Assembly (NCBI GenBank): GCA_964570665.1
Contig: CAZMZH010000002.1
Span: forward strand, 301,642 to 365,641
DNA: 64,000 bases
Source: an uncultured Nitrospinota bacterium
GTDB lineage: Bacteria > Nitrospinota > Nitrospinia > Nitrospinales > JAJDAT01
Reading direction: 5' to 3'
Within the stretch, counting starts at the first letter, position 1. Each line of letters begins with the position of its first letter. Of the stretch, positions 38,537 to 50,199 are shown piece after piece. A program made the position numbers and the translations under genes. A model generated the notes under the pieces. That model saw only the letters and a program-made list of their open reading frames with translations, did no database searches and was not told the origin of the DNA.

Positions 38537-40090
38537 TTATTCCCACTCAATAGTAGCTGGCGGTTTTGAGCTGATATCGTAGGTGACGCGATTGACTCCG
38601 CGTACTTCGTTTATGATTCGGTTTGAAATAGTTCCCAGTAAATCGTATGGCAGTTGAACCCAATCGGCCGTCATACCGTCGGCGCTATTTACCGCCCGAA
38701 ACGCAATCACGTTTTCATAAGTTCGGGCATCCCCCATAACCCCAACTGTCTTGATGGGGAGAAGGACCGCAAAAGATTGCCAAATTTCGTAATATAAACC
38801 AGCTTCTTTAATTTCTTCCAAGATAATTCTGTCAGCCTGGCGTAAAATTTCTAATCTTTCTTCAGTAATAATTCCTAGTATTCTAATTGCTAAACCTGGA
38901 CCTGGAAAAGGTTGACGGTTTACAATTTCTTCAGGTAATCCAATTTCTCTCCCAAGAACTCTAACTTCGTCTTTAAATAATTCTCTGAGAGGTTCGATCA
39001 GTTTTAAGTTCATTTTTTCGGGTAACCCACCCACATTATGATGGGTTTTTATGGCGGCAGATGGTCCTTTGACCGATACGGATTCAATAACGTCGGGATA
39101 TAGAGTTCCTTGAGCTAGAAAAGTAAAGTTTCCAAGCTTTTTGGCTTTTTCTTCAAAAATTTCAATAAAGGTTCTTCCAATTATTTTTCTTTTTTCTTCA
39201 GGGTCGGAGATGTCTTTTAGGTTTTTAAGAAATCTGTCTCCTGCCTGCACAACTTCTAAATTTAATTGGAAACTATTTTTAAAGGTGGTCGCAACCTTCT
39301 CTCTTTCTCCAAGGCGTAAGAGACCGTTATCTATAAAAATACAGACGAGGTTATTTCCTATCGCTTTATGTAAAAGTAAAGCGACGACTGAGGAATCCAC
39401 TCCTCCACTAAGAGCGCATAAAACTTTTTTATCTCCTACTGTCGATCGAATTTTATCGATAGCAAAACCTGCGAAAGATTCAATTTTCCAAGATGGTTGA
39501 ACGACGCAAATATTAAAAAGAAAATTCTCTAGAATTTTTTTTCCTTCCACGGTGTGAGCTACTTCGGGGTGAAATTGTAGCCCATAAATCTTATTAATTG
39601 AGTGTTCAACAGCTGCAACGGGTGAATTTAAAGTAAATCCAGGCGATTTAAAACCATTAGGGATTTTACTGATTCTGTCTCCATGGCTCATCCAGACGAT
39701 GGTTTTGTTATGGATATTTTGAAAAAGATGTGAAAATTCCCGAACCATCAGTTCTGCTTTGCCAAATTCCCTCTTTGGAGCAGGGTCCACTGTGCCGCCA
39801 AGAGTATGGACAATTAACTGCATTCCATAGCAGAGCCCTAAAATGGGTATATTTAAATCGAAGAGTTTTCGATCAACCTTAGGGGCGCCTTCTTCTAGAA
39901 CGCTACTGGGTCCGCCAGAAAGTACAATGCCTTTGGGTTGAAAGCGGATGATTTCGTCGATGCTTATTGTATAAGGGTGTATTTCGCAATAAACCTGACA
40001 TTCCCTGATTCGTCGGGCAATGTTTTGAGTATATTGAGAACCAAAGTCGAGAATGAGAATTTTTTCGTCACAAAGGGATTCGGGAAGCAT
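38537..40090 (-). CDS. guaA: GMP synthase (glutamine-hydrolysing)
   Basis: GATase block [12 protein letters not shown]-loop LSGGVDSSV, canonical C-terminus [10 protein letters not shown]. Confidence 0.96.
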   Translation of the reverse strand: MLPESLCDEKILILDFGSQYTQNIARRIRECQVYCEIHPYTISIDEIIRFQPKGIVLSGGPSSVLEEGAPKVDRKLFDLNIPILGLCYGMQLIVHTLGGTVDPAPKREFGKAELMVREFSHLFQNIHNKTIVWMSHGDRISKIPNGFKSPGFTLNSPVAAVEHSINKIYGLQFHPEVAHTVEGKKILENFLFNICVVQPSWKIESFAGFAIDKIRSTVGDKKVLCALSGGVDSSVVALLLHKAIGNNLVCIFIDNGLLRLGEREKVATTFKNSFQLNLEVVQAGDRFLKNLKDISDPEEKRKIIGRTFIEIFEEKAKKLGNFTFLAQGTLYPDVIESVSVKGPSAAIKTHHNVGGLPEKMNLKLIEPLRELFKDEVRVLGREIGLPEEIVNRQPFPGPGLAIRILGIITEERLEILRQADRIILEEIKEAGLYYEIWQSFAVLLPIKTVGVMGDARTYENVIAFRAVNSADGMTADWVQLPYDLLGTISNRIINEVRGVNRVTYDISSKPPATIEWE

Positions 40091-40277
40091 AGAATTTTAA
40101 AACGTTATAATTTATTGAAAAAAGAAAATTAAGAAATTATCTAATAATGGATATTTTTGTCTGATTGTTATTGTCTATACCTTGAGTTCTAAATATAGAA
40201 TTCCGGGAATTAATTTTTTATAGGTTTCCTTAAGACAAAACAATTTTAGGTAAGGATAGACTTTGAGAAGACTTGTT

Positions 40278-41750
40278 TTACTCCAAATTATAATTTGGAG
40301 CTTCCTTAGTTACCATAACATTATGGACGTGGCTTTCCTTTAACCCTGAAGAAGAAATTCTAATGAAGGAACTCTTTTCTCTTAATTCTTTAATTGTAGC
40401 GCACCCGCAGTAACCCATCCCGGCTCTTAGTCCACCTGAGAATTGATGCACAGAAAACGCTAAAGGACCTCTATAAGGCACCCTAGCTTCGACTCCTTCA
40501 GGAACTAGTTTACTTTTTGAAAGTTCCTTTTCTTGGAAATATCTATCTCCACTTCCTTCTGACATAGCCGCAATTGAACCCATTCCTCTATATTCTTTGT
40601 AACTTCTGCCTTGATAAAAAATCTTTTCGCCTGGACTTTCGTCCGTTCCGGCAAAAAGCGAACCAAGCATTACTGAATGAGCGCCAGCCGCAATAGCTTT
40701 TACGATGTCTCCAGATTGTTTTATCCCACCATCGGAAATTACGGGAATTCCTTTTTTGGAAGCGACTTTGGTGCATTCAGCCACGGCTGTAATTTGAGGA
40801 ACTCCAACCCCACTAATCACCCTGGTTGTACATATAGACCCAGGGCCGATACCCACTTTGACGGCGTCTGCTCCCGCGTCAATCAAAGCCTGGGTTCCTT
40901 CTGCGGTTGCAACGTTTCCTCCTATAACGGGCAAATCGGGAAAATGGCTTTTTATTTCTCTAATAGAAGATAATATTTTTTCCGAGTGGCCATGTGCGCT
41001 GTCGACCACTAATACATCCAGTCCCACGTTTACAAAGCTTTGTACGGCTTCCAAATACTCTTTAGCGACTCCTATTGCCGCCCCAACCAAAAGGTGTCCA
41101 TCTGAGTCCTTTGCGGCTTTTGGGAATTTCCCCATCTGTTCAATATCTTTAATTGTGATTAAACCTTTTAAGTTGCCTTGTTGGTCGACGATAGGTAATT
41201 TCTCAATTCTATTTTCGTGCAGTTTTTTTCTAGATTCCTCGATCGGAGCGCCTTCAATCGCTGTAACTAAATTTTCTTTGGTCATTAAATCCAAAATAGG
41301 TCGGTCATGATTGGTTTCCACTCGCAAGTCCCGATTGGTTAAAATACCAACTAGCTTTTCGCCTTTGGTTATTGGAATTCCCGTAATTTGGAATTTCTCC
41401 ATCACCTTTTTAGCTTCATTAATTGTTTGCTCTGGATTCAAAGTAATAGGATCGGGAATTATGACGCTGACAGCTCTTTTGACTTTTTCAATTTGTTTTT
41501 TTTGTTGGTTAAAGGGCATATTGCGGTGAATAATTCCAATTCCTCCTTCTTGAGCAAGGGCTATTGCCATAGCCGCTTCAGTTACAGTATCCATTGGAGA
41601 ACTGATTAAGGGGCAATTTAACTTTATATTTGGGGTTAGTTGTGTAGAAGTATCTACATCTTTAGGCAAAACTTTAGAATAACCCGGCAGTAAAAGTACG
41701 TCGTCAAAGGTAAGGTAAGTGGGAATTTCCTGGGCTAACATAGCAGGCAA
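40278..41750 (-). CDS. guaB: IMP dehydrogenase
   Basis: [13 protein letters not shown], a CBS pair, catalytic loop [20 protein letters not shown]. The start may be the ATG at 41741 (MLAQEIP...). Confidence 0.96.
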   Translation of the reverse strand: MPAMLAQEIPTYLTFDDVLLLPGYSKVLPKDVDTSTQLTPNIKLNCPLISSPMDTVTEAAMAIALAQEGGIGIIHRNMPFNQQKKQIEKVKRAVSVIIPDPITLNPEQTINEAKKVMEKFQITGIPITKGEKLVGILTNRDLRVETNHDRPILDLMTKENLVTAIEGAPIEESRKKLHENRIEKLPIVDQQGNLKGLITIKDIEQMGKFPKAAKDSDGHLLVGAAIGVAKEYLEAVQSFVNVGLDVLVVDSAHGHSEKILSSIREIKSHFPDLPVIGGNVATAEGTQALIDAGADAVKVGIGPGSICTTRVISGVGVPQITAVAECTKVASKKGIPVISDGGIKQSGDIVKAIAAGAHSVMLGSLFAGTDESPGEKIFYQGRSYKEYRGMGSIAAMSEGSGDRYFQEKELSKSKLVPEGVEARVPYRGPLAFSVHQFSGGLRAGMGYCGCATIKELREKSSFIRISSSGLKESHVHNVMVTKEAPNYNLE

Positions 41751-42032
41751 AGGTGGAGCGAGATGAATAAACGAATAATTTTTTTAAGCGTTTGTATATT
41801 ATCATGACCTAAAGAATTCCGTTTCATAAAATTTTCGCGAAAATGAAAAGAGCTAATGATTCAATGAGGTTCAACGGAGTTTTAAAGTAAGTGGTTTTAA
41901 CATACCTATGTTTATTTCATAAAATTTAGCTTTTGTGACAATATTTTAAGGCTATTTTGATAAGCTATTGCTAACAAAAGAGTTTAAAGACAAATTAAAT
42001 TCCCTTGAATTTATATTTATTGGTAAAAAAAT

Positions 42033-43475
42033 ATGAAGCGATTAGCTTTTTGTGTATTGGTGAGTATCTTTGTTTTTATTTGTGGTTCGAATGTTTTTGC
42101 CGTTCCTCTATTTCCCGATCAGGAGGGTTGGTCTGGAATTTATTTTAAAGGTAATAAATTAGGTTTTTCCAGTTATTCCCTCAAAAACTTGTCAGGCGTC
42201 ATTCAAATTAAATCTAAAGTTTTTTTTCGAATTAAAGTTGCGGGGGGCGATCAAACCACTTCTTTTGTCCAGGAGACTATTCTAAAAGAAAACTTAGAGC
42301 CTAAGAGTTTTTATCTTTTACAAGAGGTAATGGGTACTCGCCATCAAACACATGGCAAGTTAGAAGAAAATCGTTTGGTTTTGACAGTTTCAACTAAAGG
42401 TTTTAAAAAAAATAAATCTTTGTCTTATAAAAAAAAGAGCGCTCTTTCGTCATCGTTCTTACTCAAAATCCTTAGCGAGGGGTTAGAGGTTGGTAAAAGT
42501 GGAAAATTACCTGTTTTTATGGAAGCTTTTCGAGCTTATTCTAAAGCACAGTTTAAAACGATCGGAAAAGAAACTTTAAATATTAGAGGTTTTGCTGAAG
42601 AAGCATTCATTTTGGAACAAAAGATTGGCGGAATGGAGGTTAAAACCTGGGTAACTGCAGAAGGTAGAGTTTTAAAAGAAATATCTGCCGACGGTTTTGA
42701 ATCTATTTTAGAATCCAAGGAAAAAGCTCAAGATATGGGTGGTTACGCCTTTTCCGCTTCAAGCCTTATCACTTTAAGCGTGATCAAGCCTAAAAAAGTA
42801 ATCCATTACCCATTTTCTAAAAAGGTTCTAAAAGTTAGGTTAAGCAACCTTTTAGAACCGACTTCCATTCCTCAAGATCACAGGCAAAAGATTATAAGTT
42901 CTGAAACACTTCCAGATCAAACGTTTGCATCTGTTGTAATGATAAAATCTGAAACCGAAAATGTGGAAACCAAAAAAATTTTAAAAGAAGAAGCTCTAGA
43001 TCCCAAAACATTAGAGGAAACTGCCGAAATTCAATATAACCATCCAATGATCAAAGCCTTAGCGCGTGAAATCGTCCAAAAAGACTGGAGTCCTTGGAGA
43101 ACGGCGCTTGGAATAAATGAATGGGTTTATAAGAATTTGGATAAAGTCTTGGAAGATTCCATATCTGCTTTAGACACTCTCCAAAAAAGAAAAGGAGAGT
43201 GCCAATCTCATACTAATTTATTTGTTGCTCTAGCAAGAGCGTCTGGGTTACCAGCTCGCATAGTTAATGGATTGGTTTACTCTAGAGAATTCAAAGGTTT
43301 TGCTTACCATGCTTGGCCAGAAGTATATGTTGGTCAATGGCGAGCGTTAGACCCCACACTGGGGCAGGCTGTTGCTGATGCAACCCATATAAAATTGGCA
43401 AAAGGAGGCGAATCTGGCCCATTAAAACTCTTAGAGTTTATGGGTAAGCTCCAAATTGAGATTTTAGAAAACTAA
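42033..43475 (+). CDS. Secreted transglutaminase-like cysteine protease-fold protein
   Basis: Signal peptide. C-terminal Cys-His-Asp core: RKGECQSHTNLFVALARASGLPARIVNG, FAYHAWPEVYV, WRALDPT. Confidence 0.8.
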   Translation: MKRLAFCVLVSIFVFICGSNVFAVPLFPDQEGWSGIYFKGNKLGFSSYSLKNLSGVIQIKSKVFFRIKVAGGDQTTSFVQETILKENLEPKSFYLLQEVMGTRHQTHGKLEENRLVLTVSTKGFKKNKSLSYKKKSALSSSFLLKILSEGLEVGKSGKLPVFMEAFRAYSKAQFKTIGKETLNIRGFAEEAFILEQKIGGMEVKTWVTAEGRVLKEISADGFESILESKEKAQDMGGYAFSASSLITLSVIKPKKVIHYPFSKKVLKVRLSNLLEPTSIPQDHRQKIISSETLPDQTFASVVMIKSETENVETKKILKEEALDPKTLEETAEIQYNHPMIKALAREIVQKDWSPWRTALGINEWVYKNLDKVLEDSISALDTLQKRKGECQSHTNLFVALARASGLPARIVNGLVYSREFKGFAYHAWPEVYVGQWRALDPTLGQAVADATHIKLAKGGESGPLKLLEFMGKLQIEILEN

Positions 43476-43673
43476 AGCTTATAAATTTTTTATTTATATA
43501 AATAATTTTTTTTCAATGAGTTACCGATATTCTTGTCGGTTTCTAACTTTGGTTTTTGGATTTATTACTCCTTTCTAAGAAAAAAATAATCGAAGAAAAA
43601 AAATCTTTTACGTGTAAACCTCCTAAAGATTTGGCTCCCTAAAAAGTCAAGACTTTTTTTGAGTAAAAAGTCA

Positions 43674-43702
43674 TTGACAACCCCACATATTGTGTTTATT
43701 TT
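43674..43702 (+). promoter_or_regulatory. Candidate sigma-70 promoter of nrdJ
   Basis: TTGACA (43674-43679), 17 nt, TATTTT (43697-43702), about 112 nt upstream of the nrdJ ATG. Confidence 0.5.
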
Positions 43703-43727
43703 GGATAGTGGGCACAAAATGTTGTTG
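43680..43727 (+). promoter_or_regulatory. Two candidate NrdR boxes
   Basis: Box 1 ACCCCACATATTGTGT (43680-43695) matches the NrdR consensus as I recall it (acaCwAtATaTwGtgt) at 13/16. Box 2 GCACAAAATGTTGTTG (43712-43727) matches at 11/16. Starts are 32 bp apart. Box 1 fills the -35/-10 spacer. Confidence 0.5.
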
Positions 43728-43814
43728 CTTTGATTTGTTGGAACTTTCAAAAAAAAACGTTAATTTATTTAAATTATCTAAAATTTAAACTTATATTTTT
43801 TCCTCCAAAAAGCC

Positions 43815-46800
43815 ATGAAAATCATCCGAATATTTACAAAAAATCTTAAAGATCCTTTTGAAGCCTTTAATTTTGTGGAGCGAACTTCAAAAATTACAAA
43901 TACGGATGGTTCCACCGTTTCCGAAATGAAGGAGGTCATTGCCCCAGATTTTTGGTCTCAAGTCGCAGTGGATATCATGGCCCAAAAATATTTTCGAAAA
44001 GCTGGAATTCCTTCTTGTTTAAAAAGAAAAGTTGAAGAAGGAGCTCCCGAGTGGCTTTGCCCATCAGTCCCTGATTTTGCGGCGCTAAATCAATTGCCGA
44101 AAGTTAGTCAATATGGTGGAGAAACCGACGCTCGGCAGGTTTTTAGGCGGTTGGCGGGTTGTTGGACTTATTGGGGATGGAAAAATAACTATTTTGAAGA
44201 CGAAGAATCCGCTCAGATTTATTTTGATGAAATGTGTTTTCAATTAGCTGGACAATTGGCGGCTCCAAATTCACCTCAATGGTTTAATACAGGTTTAAAT
44301 TGGGCTTATGGGATAGAAGGTCCGGCTCAAGGTCACTATTATTATGACTCAGATGAATCAAAAGTCGTGCAATCTCAGTCCGCATATGAAAGACCTCAGC
44401 CTCATGCTTGTTTTATTTTGTCAATTGAAGACAACTTGGTTAATGAGGGCGGGATAATGGATTTATGGCGCCAAGAAGCCCGATTATTTAAATACGGTTC
44501 GGGTAGCGGTACAAATTTTTCTAGTCTTCGCGGAGAAGGAGAGCCTCTTTCGGGTGGTGGAAAATCTTCTGGATTGATGAGTTTTTTGAAAATTGGCGAT
44601 CGAGCGGCTGGAGCTATAAAGTCCGGTGGAACTACGCGAAGAGCGGCAAAAATGGTGACCTTAGATATTGATCATCCCGATATTGAAGAGTTTATTGAGT
44701 GGAAAGTAAAAGAAGAACGAAAGGTAGCGGCGCTTGTTTCTGGTAGTAAAATAACTAGAAAAAGACTGAAACAGGTTATTAAGGCTTGTTGGGCAGAAAA
44801 AGACGAATCTTTACGTTTTGATTTGGCGAAGAACCGGGAATTACGCAAGGCTGTTAAACAAGGTTTAGAAGACTGCATTCCTGAAAACTATATTTATAGA
44901 GTGATCCAGTTAGCTAAGCAGGGAGTACAAGATATTGAATTTGAGGAATACGATGTTAATTGGAATTCAGAGGCTTATGCTACTGTTTCAGGTCAAAATT
45001 CCAACAATTCAATTCGGCTCACAAATGAGTTTTTAAGAGCTGAGGAGTGTGGTGGCGATTGGAACTTGTTAAATCGGGTTGATGGAAAAATTAACAAGAC
45101 CGTTTCTGCGGATAGTTTGTGGGAGAAAATAAATGAATCGGCTTGGTCAAGCGCCGATCCCGGATTGCAGTTTGATACCACAATTAACGAATGGCACACC
45201 TGTCCAGAAGGCGGTAGAATTCGCGCTTCCAATCCATGTTCTGAGTATATGTTTCTTGATAATACGGCCTGTAATTTAGCCTCGATAAATTTGATTAAGT
45301 TTTTCGATGCGAAGAGCGGCAGGTTTGCTATTCACAATTTTAGACATGCTTGTAGGCTTTGGACTTTGACTTTGGAAATTTCAGTTGCGATGGCTCAATT
45401 TCCAAATAAAGCGATTGCTGAAAAAAGCTTTGACTACAGAACTTTGGGTTTGGGGTACGCCAACCTTGGAGCTTTGTTGATGGTTTCTGGTATCCCCTAT
45501 GACTCGGAAGAAGCTAAGTCTATTGCTGGGTCTATAACCGCTTTATTGACAGGCGCTTCTTATTCTATGTCAGCCGACATGGCTAAAGAATTAGGGGCTT
45601 TTTCTCAATATGAATCGAATAAAACTCATATGTTAAGAGTTATGCGGAATCATCGAAGGGCTGCGCAAAATGCTCCAGAGCAAGAATATGAAGGTCTTAC
45701 CGTTTTCCCAAGAGGAATTCGGTCCGAGTTTTGCCAAGATAATCTTTTGAGGGCGGCGAAAAAAGAATGGGATGATGTTTTGGAAAAAGGCGTAAAGTTT
45801 GGTTTTCGGAACGCCCAAGTGACTTGTATTGCTCCAACGGGAACGATTGGTTTGTTAATGGATTGCGATACCACGGGTATTGAGCCAGATTACGCTTTAG
45901 TAAAATTCAAAAAGCTAGCTGGTGGAGGATATTTTAAAATTATTAATCAGTCTGTACCCGCAGCCCTAGGACGCCTCGGTTATAGTGAAGAAGAAGCCGA
46001 AGAAATTGTAAAATATTGTGTCGGGTCGGGAAGTTTAAAAGACTCTCCATTTATTAACAGGGAATCGTTAAAGGAAAAAGGGTTTAGCGATAAGGTTTTA
46101 GAAAAAATTGAGGCAGAGCTGCCAAAAGTATTCGATATTGGGTTTGCGTTTAACAAATTCACGTTGGGCGAAGAGTTTTGTAAATCTACTTTTGGTATTA
46201 CCGAGGCGCAATTAGAATCTCCAATGTTTAATTTTTTAGAATTTATCGGTTTTTCGTCCGATGAGATTTCTAAAGCTAACGACGCAATTTGTGGAACTAT
46301 GACGATTGAGGGTTCGCCTCACCTTAAGGAAGAGCATTACCCTGTATTTGATTGCGCCAATAAATGCGGTAAATATGGAAAGCGTTTTATACCTCATGAA
46401 GCGCATATTCGGATGATGGCAGCCGCCCAGCCTTTTATTTCTGGAGCGATTTCTAAGACCATAAATATGCCGTCTGAATCCTCCATTTACGATGTTAAGA
46501 AAGCGCATATTCTATCTTGGAAGCTTATGCTTAAAGGGACTGCTATTTACCGAGATGGGTCCAAATTAAGCCAACCTCTTAATAGTGTAGCCGATTTAGA
46601 CTTTAGAATGATTGAAACTGAAAGTGAAGATCGGAAGGAAGCGAAATCTCCAGCTCTTGCCGCTGCGGAAAGAATTGTTCATCAAATGGGATACCGCAAA
46701 AAGCTTCCATATAGACGCAAGGGTTATACTCAAAAAGCTATGATTGGAGGACATAAGGTTTACCTCCGTACGGGCGATTATGAGGACGGAAGCTTGGGTG

Positions 46801-47414
46801 AGATTTTTATTGATATGCATAAGGAAGGCGCCGCTTTCCGGAGCTTAATGAATTGCTTTGCTATTTCTATTTCTTTGGGTCTTCAACATGGAGTTCCCTT
46901 GGAAGAGTTTGTTGACGCCTTTGTTTTCACCCGTTTTGAGCCTAATGGGATTGTTTCTGGTAGTAAGAATATAAGTATGTCGACATCTATTATTGATTAT
47001 ATTTTTAGAGACCTAGCGATTTCATATTTAGATCGAAATGATTTGTCTCAAGTTACCCCCGAAGATTTACGCGCAGATGCCATTCAGAAAGATTCTGAAT
47101 TTAGCTCCGATGTTACTTCCAGCATTAAACCTCCTCAAGAATCAAACGTTGTTTTGGAAAAAACAGAGGTGGTTTCCGAGGTTCCAAAAGCCGCAACTAA
47201 AACAAATGGAAATGGGAACGGAAATGGAGCGGTAGCGGAAAAACATGCGGAGGTTACGGTTGGATTGGCTCAACCTAAAGTTTCCGCTTTTGAAATAGCT
47301 AGAATGAAAGGATATGAAGGCGACCCTTGCAATGAATGCGGGCAGATGACCCTTATACGCAATGGTACCTGTTTAAAATGCCTGTCATGTGGCGCAACGT
47401 CCGGTTGTTCCTAA
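43815..47414 (+). CDS. nrdJ: Class II (adenosylcobalamin-dependent) ribonucleotide reductase, long form
   Basis: Active-site block [23 protein letters not shown]. Also [33 protein letters not shown] and [10 protein letters not shown]-terminal Cys cluster [22 protein letters not shown]. Confidence 0.93.
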   Translation: MKIIRIFTKNLKDPFEAFNFVERTSKITNTDGSTVSEMKEVIAPDFWSQVAVDIMAQKYFRKAGIPSCLKRKVEEGAPEWLCPSVPDFAALNQLPKVSQYGGETDARQVFRRLAGCWTYWGWKNNYFEDEESAQIYFDEMCFQLAGQLAAPNSPQWFNTGLNWAYGIEGPAQGHYYYDSDESKVVQSQSAYERPQPHACFILSIEDNLVNEGGIMDLWRQEARLFKYGSGSGTNFSSLRGEGEPLSGGGKSSGLMSFLKIGDRAAGAIKSGGTTRRAAKMVTLDIDHPDIEEFIEWKVKEERKVAALVSGSKITRKRLKQVIKACWAEKDESLRFDLAKNRELRKAVKQGLEDCIPENYIYRVIQLAKQGVQDIEFEEYDVNWNSEAYATVSGQNSNNSIRLTNEFLRAEECGGDWNLLNRVDGKINKTVSADSLWEKINESAWSSADPGLQFDTTINEWHTCPEGGRIRASNPCSEYMFLDNTACNLASINLIKFFDAKSGRFAIHNFRHACRLWTLTLEISVAMAQFPNKAIAEKSFDYRTLGLGYANLGALLMVSGIPYDSEEAKSIAGSITALLTGASYSMSADMAKELGAFSQYESNKTHMLRVMRNHRRAAQNAPEQEYEGLTVFPRGIRSEFCQDNLLRAAKKEWDDVLEKGVKFGFRNAQVTCIAPTGTIGLLMDCDTTGIEPDYALVKFKKLAGGGYFKIINQSVPAALGRLGYSEEEAEEIVKYCVGSGSLKDSPFINRESLKEKGFSDKVLEKIEAELPKVFDIGFAFNKFTLGEEFCKSTFGITEAQLESPMFNFLEFIGFSSDEISKANDAICGTMTIEGSPHLKEEHYPVFDCANKCGKYGKRFIPHEAHIRMMAAAQPFISGAISKTINMPSESSIYDVKKAHILSWKLMLKGTAIYRDGSKLSQPLNSVADLDFRMIETESEDRKEAKSPALAAAERIVHQMGYRKKLPYRRKGYTQKAMIGGHKVYLRTGDYEDGSLGEIFIDMHKEGAAFRSLMNCFAISISLGLQHGVPLEEFVDAFVFTRFEPNGIVSGSKNISMSTSIIDYIFRDLAISYLDRNDLSQVTPEDLRADAIQKDSEFSSDVTSSIKPPQESNVVLEKTEVVSEVPKAATKTNGNGNGNGAVAEKHAEVTVGLAQPKVSAFEIARMKGYEGDPCNECGQMTLIRNGTCLKCLSCGATSGCS

Positions 47415-47559
47415 AGATTCATTTTTTTAAGTAGATTACTTTAATATCTCCCCTCCCCCCCCTCTGGGGCAGTTTTGCATCTGATTTTTTTCTTATAAAA
47501 AAAGTTTAAAAATTTTTCTTCAAATTTAAATTGTTAAGGTTAACTAATCCCACAAAACC

Positions 47560-47588
47560 TTGACACTATTGAGCTAAAATAATATACT
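47560..47588 (+). promoter_or_regulatory. Strong sigma-70 promoter at the left edge of accessory block 2
   Basis: TTGACA (47560-47565), 17 nt, TATACT (47583-47588), 82 nt upstream of the TTG start at 47671. Confidence 0.6.
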
Positions 47589-47670
47589 TCAAAATTCACA
47601 TCCTTAGACCTGAAAGAATTTTTCAATTTATTACCTAGCGTTAACCTGGGTATTTGGAGGAGCTAATCCA

Positions 47671-48294
47671 TTGAGCGAAAAAGAAAATAATCCGGCAGAG
47701 CAAGGCACCCAAGCGGAAGACGATGAAGAATCCCTCAGGGGAGATTCGTCTAAAGAAGGCGGACTGGCCGACCTTAGCGAGTTGGAAAAGATAAAAAAAG
47801 AACTAGAACTTGAAAAAGTAAAAGCTGCGCAAGAACTTGAAGTGGGCGAGGAAGAGGAAGGCGAAGACGCTAGAGAGGCGGATTATCTTCAAAAGCTAAT
47901 TAATTTGACAATTAAGTTTGATCATCATTTAGGAATGTTCTTGATGCCTTCTTACATTGACTGCGGCTTAAAATACGATCATCGTTTAGTTGAAAGTTAT
48001 ACGACGCAGTTGGTTACTATTCAAAGTTTTCTAAGGCTATTGGAAAAAGTTGATGGAGTAACGCGCGAGCAGGTTACTAAAGAATGTGTTATCAAATTGA
48101 GAAACGTTCTCCAGCAAGTTAATAAAAATATGGTGAAGCCGCTTTTCAAAGAAGTAAAGCTTATGAAGAAGAAGCCTAAAATGGAAAACCTAGATACATT
48201 TAAAGAAAACTGGAACGATAGATTGCTCGAATTTCAAAAAGTTTGTGATTTTGAATACCAGATTTTAGACGTAAAAGGTTTTCAGATAAAATAA
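47671..48294 (+). CDS. Hypothetical protein with a ~70-aa acidic disordered N-terminus
   Basis: TTG start, 207 aa. N-terminus rich in E/D (AEDDEES...EVGEEEEGEDAREAD), helical C-terminal ~130 aa. No motif recognised. Confidence 0.6.
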   Translation: MSEKENNPAEQGTQAEDDEESLRGDSSKEGGLADLSELEKIKKELELEKVKAAQELEVGEEEEGEDAREADYLQKLINLTIKFDHHLGMFLMPSYIDCGLKYDHRLVESYTTQLVTIQSFLRLLEKVDGVTREQVTKECVIKLRNVLQQVNKNMVKPLFKEVKLMKKKPKMENLDTFKENWNDRLLEFQKVCDFEYQILDVKGFQIK

Positions 48295-48532
48295 CTTTAT
48301 ATTTGTTTATTTAATTCGAAACTGCTTGGGGGATGGTTGTTTCGTGAGAAGTCGATTTGATTATTTTGCGAAAATAAGTTTGCCGTGGGTATAGTCGTTT
48401 TTATAAATTCGATTATTTTCTAATTACCTCCAAGAGTTTCTCCCTCCTGGGCGGAGTTTTTAAATCATCCTCGCTCCCTTACGTTAAAAAAATTTCCCAT
48501 TAACCTTATTTAAGAATTTTTGCCTAAGAAAA

Positions 48533-49525
48533 ATGGAAGAAGAAAAAAACGAAAATGAAGAGTTAGAAGTGGGGCAGGAACTGACGGTGGTAGAGGAAAC
48601 TTTACCTGAAGAAAAACCGGTTGTCGATCATTCTAAATTATATGTTTGGATTGCCGATGCCGGTAATAATCGTATACAAAAGTTTGATGGGAATGGGAAG
48701 TTCTTGATGCAGTTTGGTCGGCCTGCCGGCACGCGGGCTCCCTATAACCCAGGCGAATTCAAAACTCCAATGGGAGTTGCTGTCGATTCCTATGGGAACA
48801 TTTGGGTGGCCGATACAGGGTGTCATCGAATACAGAAATTCGACGAAGAGGGCGGCTTTCTTTTGGAGTTTGGCACGGAAGGTTGGGGACCCGATAAGTT
48901 CTATATGCCAGAAGGTATAGCGGTGGAGGCGTCGGGAACTATACTTGTTGCCGATACGGCAAACCATTGCTTTAAGCGTTTTGACGATGATGGAGAGTTT
49001 CTATTGGGCTTTGGTTTCTCGGGTGATTTTGACGGTTTTTTAAAATACCCAACCGGAGTAGCTCTAGACCGCGAAGGTAACATTTATGTGGCAGATAGAG
49101 ATAACCAGCGAATTCAAATTTTTAATGAAGACGGTCAATACGTTTCAAAGTTTGGTCAATATGGTTTTGAGGAAGGATTTGTTAATTTCCCTAATGGTAT
49201 TGTGGTGCGGAAAGATGGAACGATAGTTGTTTCTGAAAAAAGCCAAAACCGTTGCCAAGTTTTTGATAACGAAGGAAATTTTATTTCAAGTTTTGGCGAA
49301 TTAGGCAAACGCGAAGGGCAATTTAATTGTCCAATGTGTTTGGCCCAGGATCCATATGGTTATATCTTTGTAGTAGATACGCTTAATAATCGAATCCAGA
49401 AATTTGATAAAGAGTTTAACTTTGTTGGGAAATGGGGTTCCATTGGAAAAGAATTGGGCCAGTTAAAGGATCCTGCTGGAATTTGCCTTACATGGGAACC
49501 CGATTGGGCTCCAAAAGACGAATAG
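48533..49525 (+). CDS. NHL-repeat beta-propeller protein (six blades), no signal peptide
   Basis: Six repeats of the form GVAVDSYGNIWVADTGCHRIQKFDEEG / GVALDREGNIYVADRDNQRIQIFNEDG. Acidic ~30-aa N-terminus. Confidence 0.85.
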   Translation: MEEEKNENEELEVGQELTVVEETLPEEKPVVDHSKLYVWIADAGNNRIQKFDGNGKFLMQFGRPAGTRAPYNPGEFKTPMGVAVDSYGNIWVADTGCHRIQKFDEEGGFLLEFGTEGWGPDKFYMPEGIAVEASGTILVADTANHCFKRFDDDGEFLLGFGFSGDFDGFLKYPTGVALDREGNIYVADRDNQRIQIFNEDGQYVSKFGQYGFEEGFVNFPNGIVVRKDGTIVVSEKSQNRCQVFDNEGNFISSFGELGKREGQFNCPMCLAQDPYGYIFVVDTLNNRIQKFDKEFNFVGKWGSIGKELGQLKDPAGICLTWEPDWAPKDE

Positions 49526-49575
49526 TTTAACCAAAACTATTTGTAACTAATATTTAGAATAAGGAAAAATATTTT

Positions 49576-50199
49576 TTGAAAAAAGTTTGGCAAAATTTTG
49601 AGCTTCAATCCCCGGCAAAATGTGGATTTTTTTTAATCCTAATTATGGTTTTTCTGAGTTCCACCGTTTTTGGGGATGAAGGGTATTATTATGGCCATAA
49701 AGTTGAGGTTGAACCGCTCAAGCCAAAGTTGGGACCCGACGGCCTTCCATTGCCTGAAAGATTTGCCGATAATGGCGATGGAACAATTACCGATCAGAAA
49801 GAAAATCTTATGTGGAAAGCTCGTGATTCTTACCAAGAAAGAAAAAAATGGTTGAATTGGCACGACGCGCAAATATTCATAAAAGAGATGAATGAAAAAA
49901 AGTTTGCTGGGCATGATGATTGGCGATTACCCATAAAGAAAGAGCTTAAATCCCTTTATGAAGAAGAGAAGGAAATTCCTTGGAAATATTATTGGACGGA
50001 AAATGTTGTGCATATAGATCCAATTTTTGGAGATACTAGTTGTTGCTTTTGGACTAGCGAGGAATATAAAGAGAAATACGCATATGGGTTTAATTTTATT
50101 AGAGGGCAGTCATACTTAAGTCTTAAAGGCGGTATAATGCAATCCTTAACGGTGATACGGCCAGTTAGAACTATAACGGCTAAACTGGACTCAAAATGA
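49576..50199 (+). CDS. DUF1566/Lcl-C-like domain protein with N-terminal signal/anchor
   Basis: TTG start. Hydrophobic N-terminus (CGFFLILIMVFLSSTVFG). Domain blocks FADNGDGTITD, NLMWKARD, WLNWHDAQ, FAGHDDWRLPIKKEL, CFWTS, VIRPVR. Confidence 0.75.
   Translation: MKKVWQNFELQSPAKCGFFLILIMVFLSSTVFGDEGYYYGHKVEVEPLKPKLGPDGLPLPERFADNGDGTITDQKENLMWKARDSYQERKKWLNWHDAQIFIKEMNEKKFAGHDDWRLPIKKELKSLYEEEKEIPWKYYWTENVVHIDPIFGDTSCCFWTSEEYKEKYAYGFNFIRGQSYLSLKGGIMQSLTVIRPVRTITAKLDSK

Noticed and set aside
40091-40277. Purine/guanine riboswitch in the 187-bp guaB-guaA spacer or upstream of guaB
   Set aside because: No match to the conserved purine-riboswitch core (the UAUAAUCGCG...CUACCGGG type of junction) on the minus strand. 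The spacer is almost pure AT.
43565-43750. 61-aa minus-strand ORF in the nrdJ upstream region
   Set aside because: It overlaps the candidate promoter and NrdR boxes, has no RBS and shows no recognisable features. It is spurious.
43476-43814. Cobalamin riboswitch upstream of the B12-dependent nrdJ
   Set aside because: No B12-box-like GCCACTG core or GC-rich paired regions; the leader is AT-rich. B12 riboswitches normally control B12-independent isozymes, not nrdJ.
43815-47414. Intein or other insertion explaining the 1199-aa length of NrdJ
   Set aside because: No intein splice-junction or homing-endonuclease blocks are seen. The extra length is distributed as in known long-form class II RNRs, including the C-terminal Cys-cluster tail.
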